Positions 53,437-64,000 of a stretch of 64,000 nucleotides of DNA are shown piece after piece; positions within the stretch are counted from its first letter, which is position 1; every line of letters begins with the position of its first letter. The notes below the pieces were generated by a model. It was not told where the DNA came from. It ran no database searches and worked only from the letters and a program-made list of their open reading frames with translations. The stretch is from positions 20,667,820-20,731,819 of the forward strand of contig NC_092396.1 of assembly GCF_030028105.1 (NCBI RefSeq). Reading direction: 5' to 3'. The position numbers and the translations under genes are program-made. Origin of the DNA: Mobula birostris. Lineage: Eukaryota.

Positions 53437-54340
53437 CATAGTCATACTTTATTAATCCCGGGGGAAGTTGGTTTTTGTTACAGTTGCACCATAAATAATA
53501 AATAGTAATAGAACCATAAATAGTTAAATAGTAATATGTAAATTATGCCAGTAAATTATGAAATAAGTCCAGGACCAGCCTATTGGCTCAGGATGTCTGA
53601 CCCTCCAAGGGAAGAGTTGTAAAGTTTGATGGCCACAGGCAGGAATGACTTCCTATGACGCTCAGTGCTGCATCTCAGTGGGATGAGTCTCTGGCTAAAT
53701 GTACTTCTGTGCCCACCCAGTACATTATGTAGTGGATGGGAGACAGTGACCAAGATGGCATGCAACTTAGACAGCATCCCCTTTTCAGACACCACCATGA
53801 GAGAGTCCAGTTCCATCCCCCACAACATCACTGGCCTTACGAATGAGTTTGTTGATTCTGTTGGTGTCTGCCACCCTCAGCCTGCTGCCCCAGCACACAA
53901 CAGCAAACATAATAGCACTGGCCACCACAGACTCGTAGAACATCCTCAGCATGTTAAAGGGCCTCAGTCTCCTCAGGAAATAGAGACGGCTCTGACCTTT
54001 CTTGTAGACAGCCTCAGTGTTCTTTGACCAGTCCAGTTTATTGTCAATTTGTATCCCCAGGTATTTGTAATCCTCTACCATGTCCACACTGACCCCCTGG
54101 ATGGAAACAGGGGTCACCGGTACCTTAGCTCTCCTCAGGTCTACCACCAGCTCCTTAGTCTGTTTCACATTAAGCTGCAGATAATTCTGCTCACACCATG
54201 TGACAAAGTTTCCTACCGTAGCCCTGTACTCAGCCTCATCTCCGTTGTTGATGCATCCAACTATGGCAGTCATCCGAAAACTTCTGAAGATGACAAGACT
54301 CTGTGCAGTAGTTGAAGTCCGAGGTGTAAATGGTAAAGGA
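53437..54340 (-). mobile_element. Rex1/Babar-type LINE 3' fragment
   Basis: LQLNVKQTKELVVD, YKYLG, RLYFLRRLR, SFLPVAIKLYN; (TATGAC)-type tail. Confidence 0.85.
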
Positions 54341-56808
54341 GCTGTCGGCTTTGGAGTTTGCTCCAAACAATATATAGTATTACTAATGCTACCAAAGGAC
54401 TGTAGATCTCCCTATAATAAGATCCTAGTATCTCAGATATTGGTAGGCTGTGTTATTAATTAGAGATCTTTTGTGAGTGCAGTTATCCATAACAATAGAT
54501 CCCAGTCTCCTGATCAACGGTGATCCCTGTTGATGGGGAGGGGGTGTGAGTTAGTGACAGTAATGCTACTGAATATCAAGGTACACTGATGACACTTTCT
54601 TGCTGAATGTGATGTGTGTTGCAATTGAGAATTTCCACTTGGGTTCAAAGTTCATAGTAAATTTTATTTTCAGGGTACATGTATAATAACATACAACCCT
54701 GAAATTCTTTTTCCTGTGGGCATACTCGGCAAATCTATAGAATAGTAACTATAACAAGATTCAGTGAAAGATCAAGTAGAGTTCAGATGATGACAAACTA
54801 TGTAAATACAAATATAAATAAATAGCAATAAATAATGGGAACATGAAATAACAAGATAAAGAATCCTCGAAGTGAGGTCATTGGTTGTGGGCACATCTCA
54901 ATAGATGGACAGGTAATGTAGTTACTGCATTTGGAGATCAGTTCATCTTCTACTCACTTAACTATTCTCAGTAACAGTGTCCACTGATAACCAAGTTCAG
55001 TACAGCAAATCGCGATCTGCCTCTGATACAGCAGCCTTGCCCCGAGATAATTGTTGTGCGGAGATTCTGATGGTAAATGTGTTAATACTTCTGCTGCAAC
55101 ATTGCAGAATGGAGGCTGTGCCAGTGTTTTGTGATGGATTTTAAAAAATTTGTGGAATTACTGTGAATATCGGCAGGAATGTTCTGCCTGATGTCTGAGA
55201 ACATTTATTTCTAGGCAAAATCATTACATGCAAAGTATTTCAATTCTTTCAATATAGCTGTTCAAGTTGGTTGTCATGCTTTCTGCAGTATAATTATGAC
55301 TCCAGTTCAACCAAACATAAAAGATTTATCCTGAAATTCTGAATGTGTTAGTGAAGATTATTTCCTCTCCAATAACTTCATAAGACCTGACATCAAGATT
55401 CTGGAGGCTGGATGGCTTGTGGAGGATCATTAACAGCAGTTTTCAGTCTCAGTTCCTCGTGCTGCATTTATCCAAATAAAGGGCTTTCAACTTCAAAATC
55501 TCAATATGGACTTTCAAGGTACACCAAAAGTGTGTTATTTTGATCAATATTTTAATATTGATTACTAAAGGGTGATATATGTGGTCTGTGGATGCAAAGC
55601 AATTCAAAAATATTCCCCACCCTTTTGTGTAATGCTTGATATGGGCAGACTCTGGACTATGTCTGTCTTCATCAGGCAGCTGGTTGTGGAGATGTTAACT
55701 GACTACATTAAAGAGAATTTTAATTGTGATCTTCAATTCTGAACAAGATAATCACCTGTTTAATTTAAAAATGGATCTATACAAATGTGTTACCTGCAAA
55801 ATTCAAGTGAGAAAGTCAATATTGTCTCAATTGCTGACTAGAACACAGATGTGGCAGCAGTTACACTTATCATCCTTTAGGTTAAATTTTGATTGAAATT
55901 TACAGTGAGGCCCTAGATTATTTTCTTAAAGCATTTGAATTAGGAATAAAGGAAGGTAAATGGGATTGTGATGTCTGACTGGATTGATCACTGGAACAGG
56001 GTTATTTTGATTGTTATGTGTGGCCAGTATCTAATTTCTTAGTAAGAATCACAGCATAATGTACTTGGGAATTGTATATTTTTCCACATATATCATCCTT
56101 TAGTAATCAATATTAAAATATTGATCAAAATAACACTTTTTGTTATCTTGTAAGCACATATTGAGATTTTGAAGTTGAAAGCACTTTATTTGAATATATG
56201 CAGCATTTATAACACCATAGATAAATTAATGGTGGAAGCTAATGTGATCTAATAGATATTACAGAAACGTTGCAAAGGGATGAAGGTTAGGAATTGAATA
56301 TTTCATGACTAACCTTTAGAAAGTCAAGCAAAATAGAACAGAAGATGGGATGGTACTCTTATTAAAGATTGGGATAAAATAGTAAAGGAAGTCTTTAGCT
56401 CAGAAATTCAGAGAGTAGTCAGTTTAAGTGAAGCTAAGAAATAACTGTCTGAGAATGTTGGGAGTTATAGAAAGGCCTCCAAAGGTAATTGGAATGCAGG
56501 AAAGTATAAATCAGGAAATTAGAGATGCGTATAGCAGTGAAATAATTGGAGACTTTAATTGATGTATAACTAATGTTAACTAATAGCTCAGAAACTGTGT
56601 AGCTTGGGTTGTTGATGGTGGGTTGAGTTGTTCTCTCATCTTGGCAATCCATTTGCGGACGTTTTGTCACCATATAAGGAGACATCAGCCTTTACCTAAT
56701 AGAGTGGGCAGTGACTGTTCATGGTTTTCTGCTGCTGTAGCCCATACACTCCAAGGTTCAATGTGTTGTGCGTTCAGAGATGTTCTTTTGAACACAACTG
56801 TTGTAACA

Positions 56809-59800
56809 TTGTCGCAAGCACATGGATGTCAGCCAGAGAGAGCACCGAGGAGAGTTTAAAAGGAGACGGTTATTTCTTCAGCGGTTTGATTGGGGCATGA
56901 CTGCGCAAGCGCGTGGACGTCAGCCCGTGAGAACAGCGAGAAGAGTTTAAAAGGGGACATCTTATAGAGCGGGCGACAGAGTAGAGGGAGATAGAGTAGG
57001 AAGGCTTTGGCTCAGTGGGTCGAGGCAAGGTAGGTTGCCTGTGTAGAATACAGACAGGAAGAATGTGTGTGAGGCCGGTGTTCTGTAATAGGTGTCAGAT
57101 ATGGGAAGTCTGGAAGACTCCCAGCCCCCTGGACAGCCACATCTGCGCTAGGTGTGTCGAGCTGCAGCTCCTTGGGGACCACATAAGGGAACTGGTGATG
57201 CAGCTCAATGACCTTCGTCTGGTCAGGGAAAGTGAGAAGATGATAGAGAGGAGCTATAGGTATGTAGTCACACTGGGGCTTTGGGAGTCAGATAAGTAGA
57301 TAACAGTCAGGAGAGGGAAGGGCAGGAGTCAGACGCTAGAGAGTACCCCTGTGGCTGTACCCCTCGACAATAAGTACTCCCGTGAGAGTACTGTTGGGGT
57401 GGGTGGCCTACCTGGGGGAAGCAACAGTGGCCACGCCTCTGGCACAGTGTCTGGCCCCGTGGCTCAGAAGGGCAGGAAAAGGAAGAGGATGGCAGCAGTG
57501 ATAGGCGACTCTATAGTTAGGGGGTCAGACAGGCGATTCTGTGGAGGCAGGAAAGAAACACGGAGGGTAGTTTGCCTCCCAGGTGCCAGGGTCTGGGATA
57601 TTTCTAACCATGTCCTCAATATCCTAAAGTGGGAAGGAGAACAGCCAGAGGTCGTGGTACATATTGGTACCAATGAAAACAACAGGAATTCTGCAGATGC
57701 TGGAAATTCAAGCAACACACATCAAAGTTGCTGGTGAACGCAGCAGGCCAGGCAGCATCTGTAGGAAGAGGTGCAGTCGACGTTTCAGGCCGAGACCCTT
57801 CGTCAGGACTAACTGAAGGAAGAGTGAGTAAGGGATTTGAAAGTTGGAGGGGGAGGGGGAGATCCAAAATGATAGGAGAAGGCAGGAGGGGGAGGGATAG
57901 AGCCAAGAGCTGGACAGGTGATAGGCAAAAGGGGATACAAGAGGATCATGGGACAAGAGGTCCGGGAAGAAAGACAGGGGGGGGGGGACCCAGAGGATGG
58001 GCAAGAGGTATATTCAGAGGGACAGAGGGAGAAAAAGGAGAGTGAGAGAAAGAATGTGTGCATAAAAATGAGTAACAAATGGGATACGAGGGGGAGGTGG
58101 GGCCTTAGCGGAAGTTAGAGAAGTCGATGTTCATGCCATCAGGTACCAATGACATAGGCAGCAAAAGGGAGGAGGTCCTGACAGCAGACTACAGGGAGTT
58201 AGGAAGGAAGTTGAGAAGCGGGACCACGAAGGTAATAACCTCGGGATTACTGCCTGTGCCACGTAACAGTGAGTATAGGAATAGAGTGAGGTGGAGGATA
58301 AATGTGTGGCTGAGGGATTGAAGCAGGGGGCAGAGATTCAGATTTTGGGATCACTGGGACCTCTTTTGGGGCAGGAGTGACCTGTACAAAAAGGATGGAT
58401 TGCACTTGAATCCCAGGGGGACCACAATCCTGGCAGGGAGGTTTGCTAAGGCTATTGGGAGAGTTTAAACTTGGATTGCTGGGGAGTGGGAACCAAACTG
58501 AAGAGATGAAGAAAGATGTAGAGAAAGCTTGGAGACAGTGTGAGAGGGTGGATAGACAGGTGATAGAAAAGGGACGCGCTCAGACCAATGGTTTGACGTG
58601 TGCCTTTTAATGCAAGAAACATCATGGACAAAGCGGATGAGCCTAGAGTGGGGATCAGTAGTTGGAGCTATGATGTTGTGGTCATTACAGAGACTTGGAT
58701 GACTCGGGCAGGAATGGTTACTTGAGTGCCAGGCTTTAGATATTTTAGAAGGGACAGGGAGGGAGGCAAAAGAAGTGGGGGTGTGACACTGTTGATCAGA
58801 GACAGTTTCACAGCTGCAGAAAAGAAGGAAGACATGGAGGGATTGTCTACGGAGTCTCTGTGGGTAGAAGTTAGGAACAGGAAGGGGTCAATAACTCTAC
58901 TGACTCTTTTATAGACCACCCAATAGTAACAGGGACATTGGGGAGCAGATAGGGAAACAGGTTCTGGAAAGGTGTAATAGTAACAGGGTTGTCATGGTGG
59001 GAGATTTTAATTTCCCAAATATCGATTGGCATCTCCCTAGAGCGAGAGGTTTAGATGGGGTGGAGTTTGTTAGGTGTGTTCAGGAAGGTTTCTTGACACA
59101 ATATGTAGATAAGCCTACAAGGGGAGAGGCTGTACTTGATCTGGTATTGGGAAATTAACCTGGTCAGGTGTCAGATCTCTCAGTGGGAGAGCATTTTGGA
59201 GATGGTGAGCACAATGCTATCTCCTTTACCATCGCATTGGAGAGGGATAGGAACAGACAAGTTAGGGAAGCGTTTAATTGGAGTGAAGGGAAATAGGAGG
59301 CTATCAGGCAGGAACTTGGAAGTATAAATTAGGAACAGGTGTTCTCAGGGAAATGTACGAAAGAAATGTGGCAAATGTTCAGGGGATATTTGCGTGGAGT
59401 TCTGCATAGGTATGTTCCAGTGAGACAGGAAAAGGATGGTAGGTTACAGGAACCGTGGTGTACAAAGGCTGTTGTAAATCTAGTCAAGAAGAAAACGGCT
59501 TATGAAAGGTTAAAAAAAACTAGGTAATGATAGAGATCTAGAAAATTATATGGCTAACAGGAAGGAGCTTAAGAAAGAAATTAGGAGAGCCAGAAGGGGC
59601 CATGAGAAGGCCTTGGCGGACAGGATTAAGGAAAACCCCAAGGCATTCCACAAATATGTGAAGAGCAAGAGGATAAGATGTGAGAGAATAGAACCAATCA
59701 AGTGTGACAGTGGAAAAGTATGTATGGAACCGGAGGAGATAGCAGAGGTACTTAATGAGTACTTTGCTTCAGTATTCATGACGGAAAAGGATCTTGGCGA

Positions 59801-61452
59801 TTGTAGGGATGACTTGTAGTGGACTGAAAAGCTTGAGCATGTAGATATTAAGGAAGAGGACGTGCTGGAGCTTTTGGAAGGCATCAGGTTGGATAAGTCA
59901 CTGGGACAGGACGAGATGTACCCCAGGCTACTGTGGGAGGCAAAGGAGGAGATTGGTGATCCTCTGGCGATGATCTTTGTATCATCAGTGAGGACGGGAG
60001 AGGTTCCAGAGGATTGGAGGGTTGTGGATGCTGTTCCATTATTGAAGAAAGGGAGTAGGGTTAGCCCAGGAAATTATAGACCACTGGGTCTTACTTTAGT
60101 GGTTGGTAAGTTGATGGAGTCCTGAGAGGCAGGATTTCTGAACATTTGGAAAGTCTTAATATGATCAGGAATAGTCAGCATGGCTTTGTGAAAGGCAGGT
60201 CGTGCCTTTCGAGCCTGATTGAATTTTTTGAGCATGTGACTGAACACATTGATGAAGGTAGAAGAGAAGATATAGTGTATATGGATTTCATCAAGGCATT
60301 TGAGAAGGTATCCCATGCAAGACTTATTGGAAAAAGTAAGAAGGCATGGGATCCAAGGGGACATTGCTTTGCGAATCCAGAACTGCCTTGCCCACAGAAG
60401 ACAAAGAGTGGTTGTAGATGGGTCATATTTTGCATGGAGGTTGGTGACCATGGTGTGCCTCAGAGATCTGTTCTGGTACCCCTACTCTTTGTGATTTTTA
60501 TAAATGATCTGGAAGAGGAAATGGAGGGATGGGTTAGTAAATTTGCTGATGACACAAAAGTTGGGGGTGTTGTGGATAGTGTGGAGGGCTGTCAGAGGTT
60601 ACAGCGGGACATTGATAGGATGCAAAACTGGGCTGAGAAGTGGCAGATGGAGTTCAACCCAGGTAAGTGTGAGATGGTTCATTTTGGTAGGTCAAATGTG
60701 ATGGCAGAATATAGTATTAATGGTAAGACTTGGCAGTGTGGAGGATCAGAGGGATCTTGGGGTCCGAGTTCATAGGACACTCAAAGCTGCTGCGCAGGTT
60801 GACTCTGGTTAAGAAAGCATACAGTGCATTGGCCTTCATCAATCGTGGGATTGAGTTTAGGAGCCGAGAGGTAATGTTGTGGCCGTATATGACCCTGGTC
60901 AGGCTCCACTTGGAGTACTGTGCTCAGTTCTGATTGCCTCACTACAGGAAGGATGTGGAAACCATAGAAAGGGTGCAGAGGAAACTTACAAGGATGATGT
61001 TGCCTAGATTGGGGAGCATGTCTTATGAGAATAGGTTGAGTGAACTTGGTCTTTTTTCCTTGGAACGATGGAGGATGAGAGGTGACCTGATAGAGGTATA
61101 TAAGATGATGAGAGGCATTGATCGTGTGGATTGTCAGAGGTTTTTTCCCAGGGCTGAAGTGGCTAGCACAAGAGGGCGCAGTTTTAAGGTGCTTGGAGGT
61201 AGGTACAGAGGAGATGTCAGGGGTAAGTTTTTTACACAGAGGGTGGTATGTGCATGGAATGGGCTGCCGGTGATGGTGGTGGAGGCATACGATATGGTCT
61301 TTTAAGAGACTCCTGGACAGGTACATGGAGCTCAGAAAAATAGAGGGCTATGGGTAACCCTAGGTAATTTCTAAGGTAAGGACATGTTTGGCACAGCTTT
61401 GTGGGCTGAAGGGCCTGTATTGTGCTGTAGGTGTTCTGTTTTTATGTTTCTG
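56809..61452 (+). mobile_element. Near full-length disabled CR1 LINE (ORF1 zinc finger/zipper + SGNH esterase; ORF2 APE + RT)
   Basis: CxxC..CxxC then heptads; VIGDSIVR, LPGARV, HIGTND, DGLHLN; YRPP, GDFN, FADDTK; multiple stops and frameshifts. Confidence 0.93.
57677..58141 (-). mobile_element. 5'-truncated Penelope-like element inside CR1 ORF1; hammerhead motif at 57774-57811
   Basis: 11-bp TSD GGTACCAATGA at 57666-57676 and 58142-58152; minus strand begins DGMNIDFSNF. Confidence 0.9.
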
Positions 61453-62149
61453 TTTGGTTACTTGAGTTACTGTCACCTTCCTGTCTGCTTGAACCAGTCT
61501 GGCCATTCTTCTCTAACCTCTCAGCAACAAGGTAATTTTGTCCACAGAACTGCTGCTCATCGGATGTTTTGCTGTTTATTGCAGCATTCTCTGTAAACTG
61601 TAGAGACTGTTGTGCATGAAATCCAGGAGATCAACAGTTTCTGAAATACTCAAACTATTTGTCTGGCACCAGCAATTATTCCATGGTCAAAGTCACTTAG
61701 ATTACATTTCTTCCTTATTCTGCTGTTTGCACGGAACAACATTTGAATCACTTGACAATGTCTGCATGATTTTAGCATAGAGTTGATGCCACATGATTGA
61801 TTGATTATATGTTTGCATTAAAGAGCAGTTGTGTCTAAAAGTGGCCGTGGTGTGAATTTCAGCATTTCAGATGATACATAATGACATCCTGGCTGCAGGT
61901 AGCACAGCCCCTGCAACTTGAGATTTAAAATTTATTAGTCCATAATGAGTCATTTCTATTATTTGCTTAGGTAAGTTAATTAGCTCATTTAACCAATTTC
62001 TGACTACTTTTAATTGCTTCTGAGGCAGCAATTCTTTATGTGAACTTTCTGTTTGGCTCTTAGCAGTCTCCATGGATTTGTTGGTTAGAATCTATCTGAA
62101 GGGGAACTCTTTTCTGTCTGTGCGCTGGCAGTTATAACTGCAGCATAAT

Positions 62150-62810
62150 TTCATGTCAGAGGCTCAGGCACTTCGCTCGTGGCTAAGAGTGTGTTAAATA
62201 TCTTTGTTAGGGCCTGTGCAATTTCTGCACTAGCCTCCCACAGGGTCCAAGGGAACACCTTGTTAGGTCCTGGGAATTTATCCACTCTAATTTGCCTCAA
62301 GACGGCAAGCACCCTCTCCTCTGTAATCTGTAGTGACCTCACTGCTGCATCTATAGATTTTATGTCCATCTCCAAGAGTAAATACTTACGATCTCCACCT
62401 GCTCTTTTGGCTCCACACACGGGTTATCTCTCTGATCTTCTAGGGGCCGAATTTTGTCCTTGGTATCCTTATGCTCTTATATCTTTCGAAGTTCTTCGGA
62501 TTCTTCTTCACCTTGTCTGCTAGAGCAACCTTGTGTCTTCTTAGATGCCTGATTTCCTCCTTAAGTGTTCTCTTGCAATTCTTATACTCAAGTACCTCAT
62601 TTGTTCCTTCCTCCTTATATCTGCTATGCACATTCTTTTTTTTCTTAACCAGAGCCTCAATATCTCATGAAAACCAAGGTTCCATAAACCTGTTATCTTG
62701 GCCTTTTATTCTGACAGGAATTTCCAAACTCTGTTCTCTTAAAATTTGACTTCTAATGGCCTTTCACTTACCAAGTACACCTTTGTCAGAAATCAGCCTC
62801 CACACTTGCC
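62150..62810 (-). mobile_element. CR1 LINE ORF2 internal fragment
   Basis: EEIR..ALADKVKKNPK and DKFPGPNKVFPWTLWEA peptides. Confidence 0.75.
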
Positions 62811-62812
62811 CC

Positions 62813-63607
62813 AAACACGAGGAAATCTGCAGATGCTGGAAATTCAAGCAACACACACAAAAAGTGCTGATGAATGCAGCAGGCCAGGCAGCACCTATCG
62901 GAAGAGGTACAGTCGATATTTTGGGCCGAGACCCTTCGTCAGGACTAATTGAAAGAAGAGATAGTAAGAGATTTGAAAGTGGGAGTGGGAGGGGGAGATC
63001 CGAAATGATAGGAGAAGACAGGAGGGGGAGGGATGGAGCTAAGAGTTGGAAAGTTGATTGGCAAAAGGGATACCAGGCTGGTGAAGGGGGAGGATCATGG
63101 AATGGGAGGCCTAGGGAGAAAGAAAGGCGGGGGAGAAGCCCAGAGGATGGGCAAGGAGTTATAGTGAGAGGGACAGAGGGAGCCATCCCCTCGCAATTCC
63201 TCCATCTCCGCCGCATCTGCTGTCAGGATGAGGCTTTTCATTCCAGGACGAAGTAGATGTCCTTTTTTTTTTAGAGAAGGGGGCTTCCCTCCCTCCACCA
63301 TCAACTCTGCTCTCAAATGCATCTCTCCCATTTCACGCATATCTGCTCTCACCCCATCCTCCCGCCACCCCACTAGGAATAGGGTTCCCCTTGTCCTCAG
63401 CTACCACCCCACCAGCCTCCGGGTCCAAACCCAAAATATATTTCTTTGTAACTTCCGCCACCTCCAATGGGATCCCACCAGTAAGCACATCTCCTCTCCC
63501 CCCCCCCACTCTTTCTTTCCACAGGAATTGCTCCCTATGCAACTCCCTCCTCCATTCGTCCCCCCATCCCTTCCCACTGATCTTCCTCCCGGCACTTATC
63601 CTTGTAA
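62813..63607 (+). mobile_element. Penelope-like element: inverted terminal segment (62813-63181) joined to RT C-terminal/linker coding sequence (63182-63607)
   Basis: AIPSQFLHLRRIC, RVPLVLSYHP, PPGTYPC peptides; mutated hammerhead on the minus strand near 62909-62947. Confidence 0.85.
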
Positions 63608-63608
63608 G

Positions 63609-64000
63609 TTGATCAGGACAGGTCTTTGGTACTTGGTCAGGTACCCCATCTGGGTCAGATGTTTTTCATGGGTTCACCATCGTGAAGGCTGCTTGTATGT
63701 TGGCTTCAGAGACTGAAATTATAGGATCTTTGGGGGATATGGGAATTCGTGATGGTTCCTCCATGTTTTGATGGTCAAAGTGAGCATAGAAGACACTAAG
63801 CTCATCTGGAAGTGAAGCCCTGCTGTTTCCTATGCCGCTTGATTTAACTTTATAAAAGGTGATAGTATTCAAGCCCTACCACGACTGTCAGACATCCTTA
63901 GTTTATTCAGGTTTGGTCTGGAATTGCCCGAGAGATGGCATTTCCAGAGGTTGTATCTGGACCTCTTGTAGTTTTCTTGATCACCAGACTTGAGTGCCTC
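63609..64000 (-). mobile_element. Rex1/Babar-type LINE internal fragment, runs off the window
   Basis: ASLPDELSVFYAHF..PDGVP peptide, homologous to 26080-26754. Confidence 0.78.

Noticed and set aside
55258-55518. Exon-like stretch with AG and GT ends
   Set aside because: Stops in the frames I read and no recognisable homology.
51896-64000. UBR4 exon 2
   Set aside because: No ESEILHHEKQYEPFY-like sequence seen; it presumably lies beyond the window.

Overview
Vertebrate genomic DNA; the repeat content suggests a cartilaginous fish, probably a ray (inference). The window holds the conserved AKR7A - MRTO4 - EMC1 - UBR4 block: the last three coding exons of an AKR7A aflatoxin-aldehyde reductase (+), complete 8-exon MRTO4 (-, 234 aa), complete 22-exon EMC1 (+, 961 aa) head-to-head with MRTO4 on a CpG-rich promoter, and exon 1 of UBR4 (+). 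All exons were placed by hand with GT-AG ends and consistent phases; human comparisons are from memory. Introns carry CR1 and Rex1/Babar-type LINEs (one near full-length copy of each), Penelope-like elements, SINEs and Tc1-like remnants. Most notable unexplained signals: (1) a candidate 55-nt poison exon in MRTO4 intron 3 whose acceptor and donor are each complementary to a separate upstream intronic segment; (2) eight Penelope-borne minimal hammerhead ribozyme motifs, including an intact sense copy in MRTO4 intron 1 and a same-strand pair in one EMC1 intron; (3) a 9-nt EMC1 microexon with neural-type splicing motifs. All three are sequence-only predictions.
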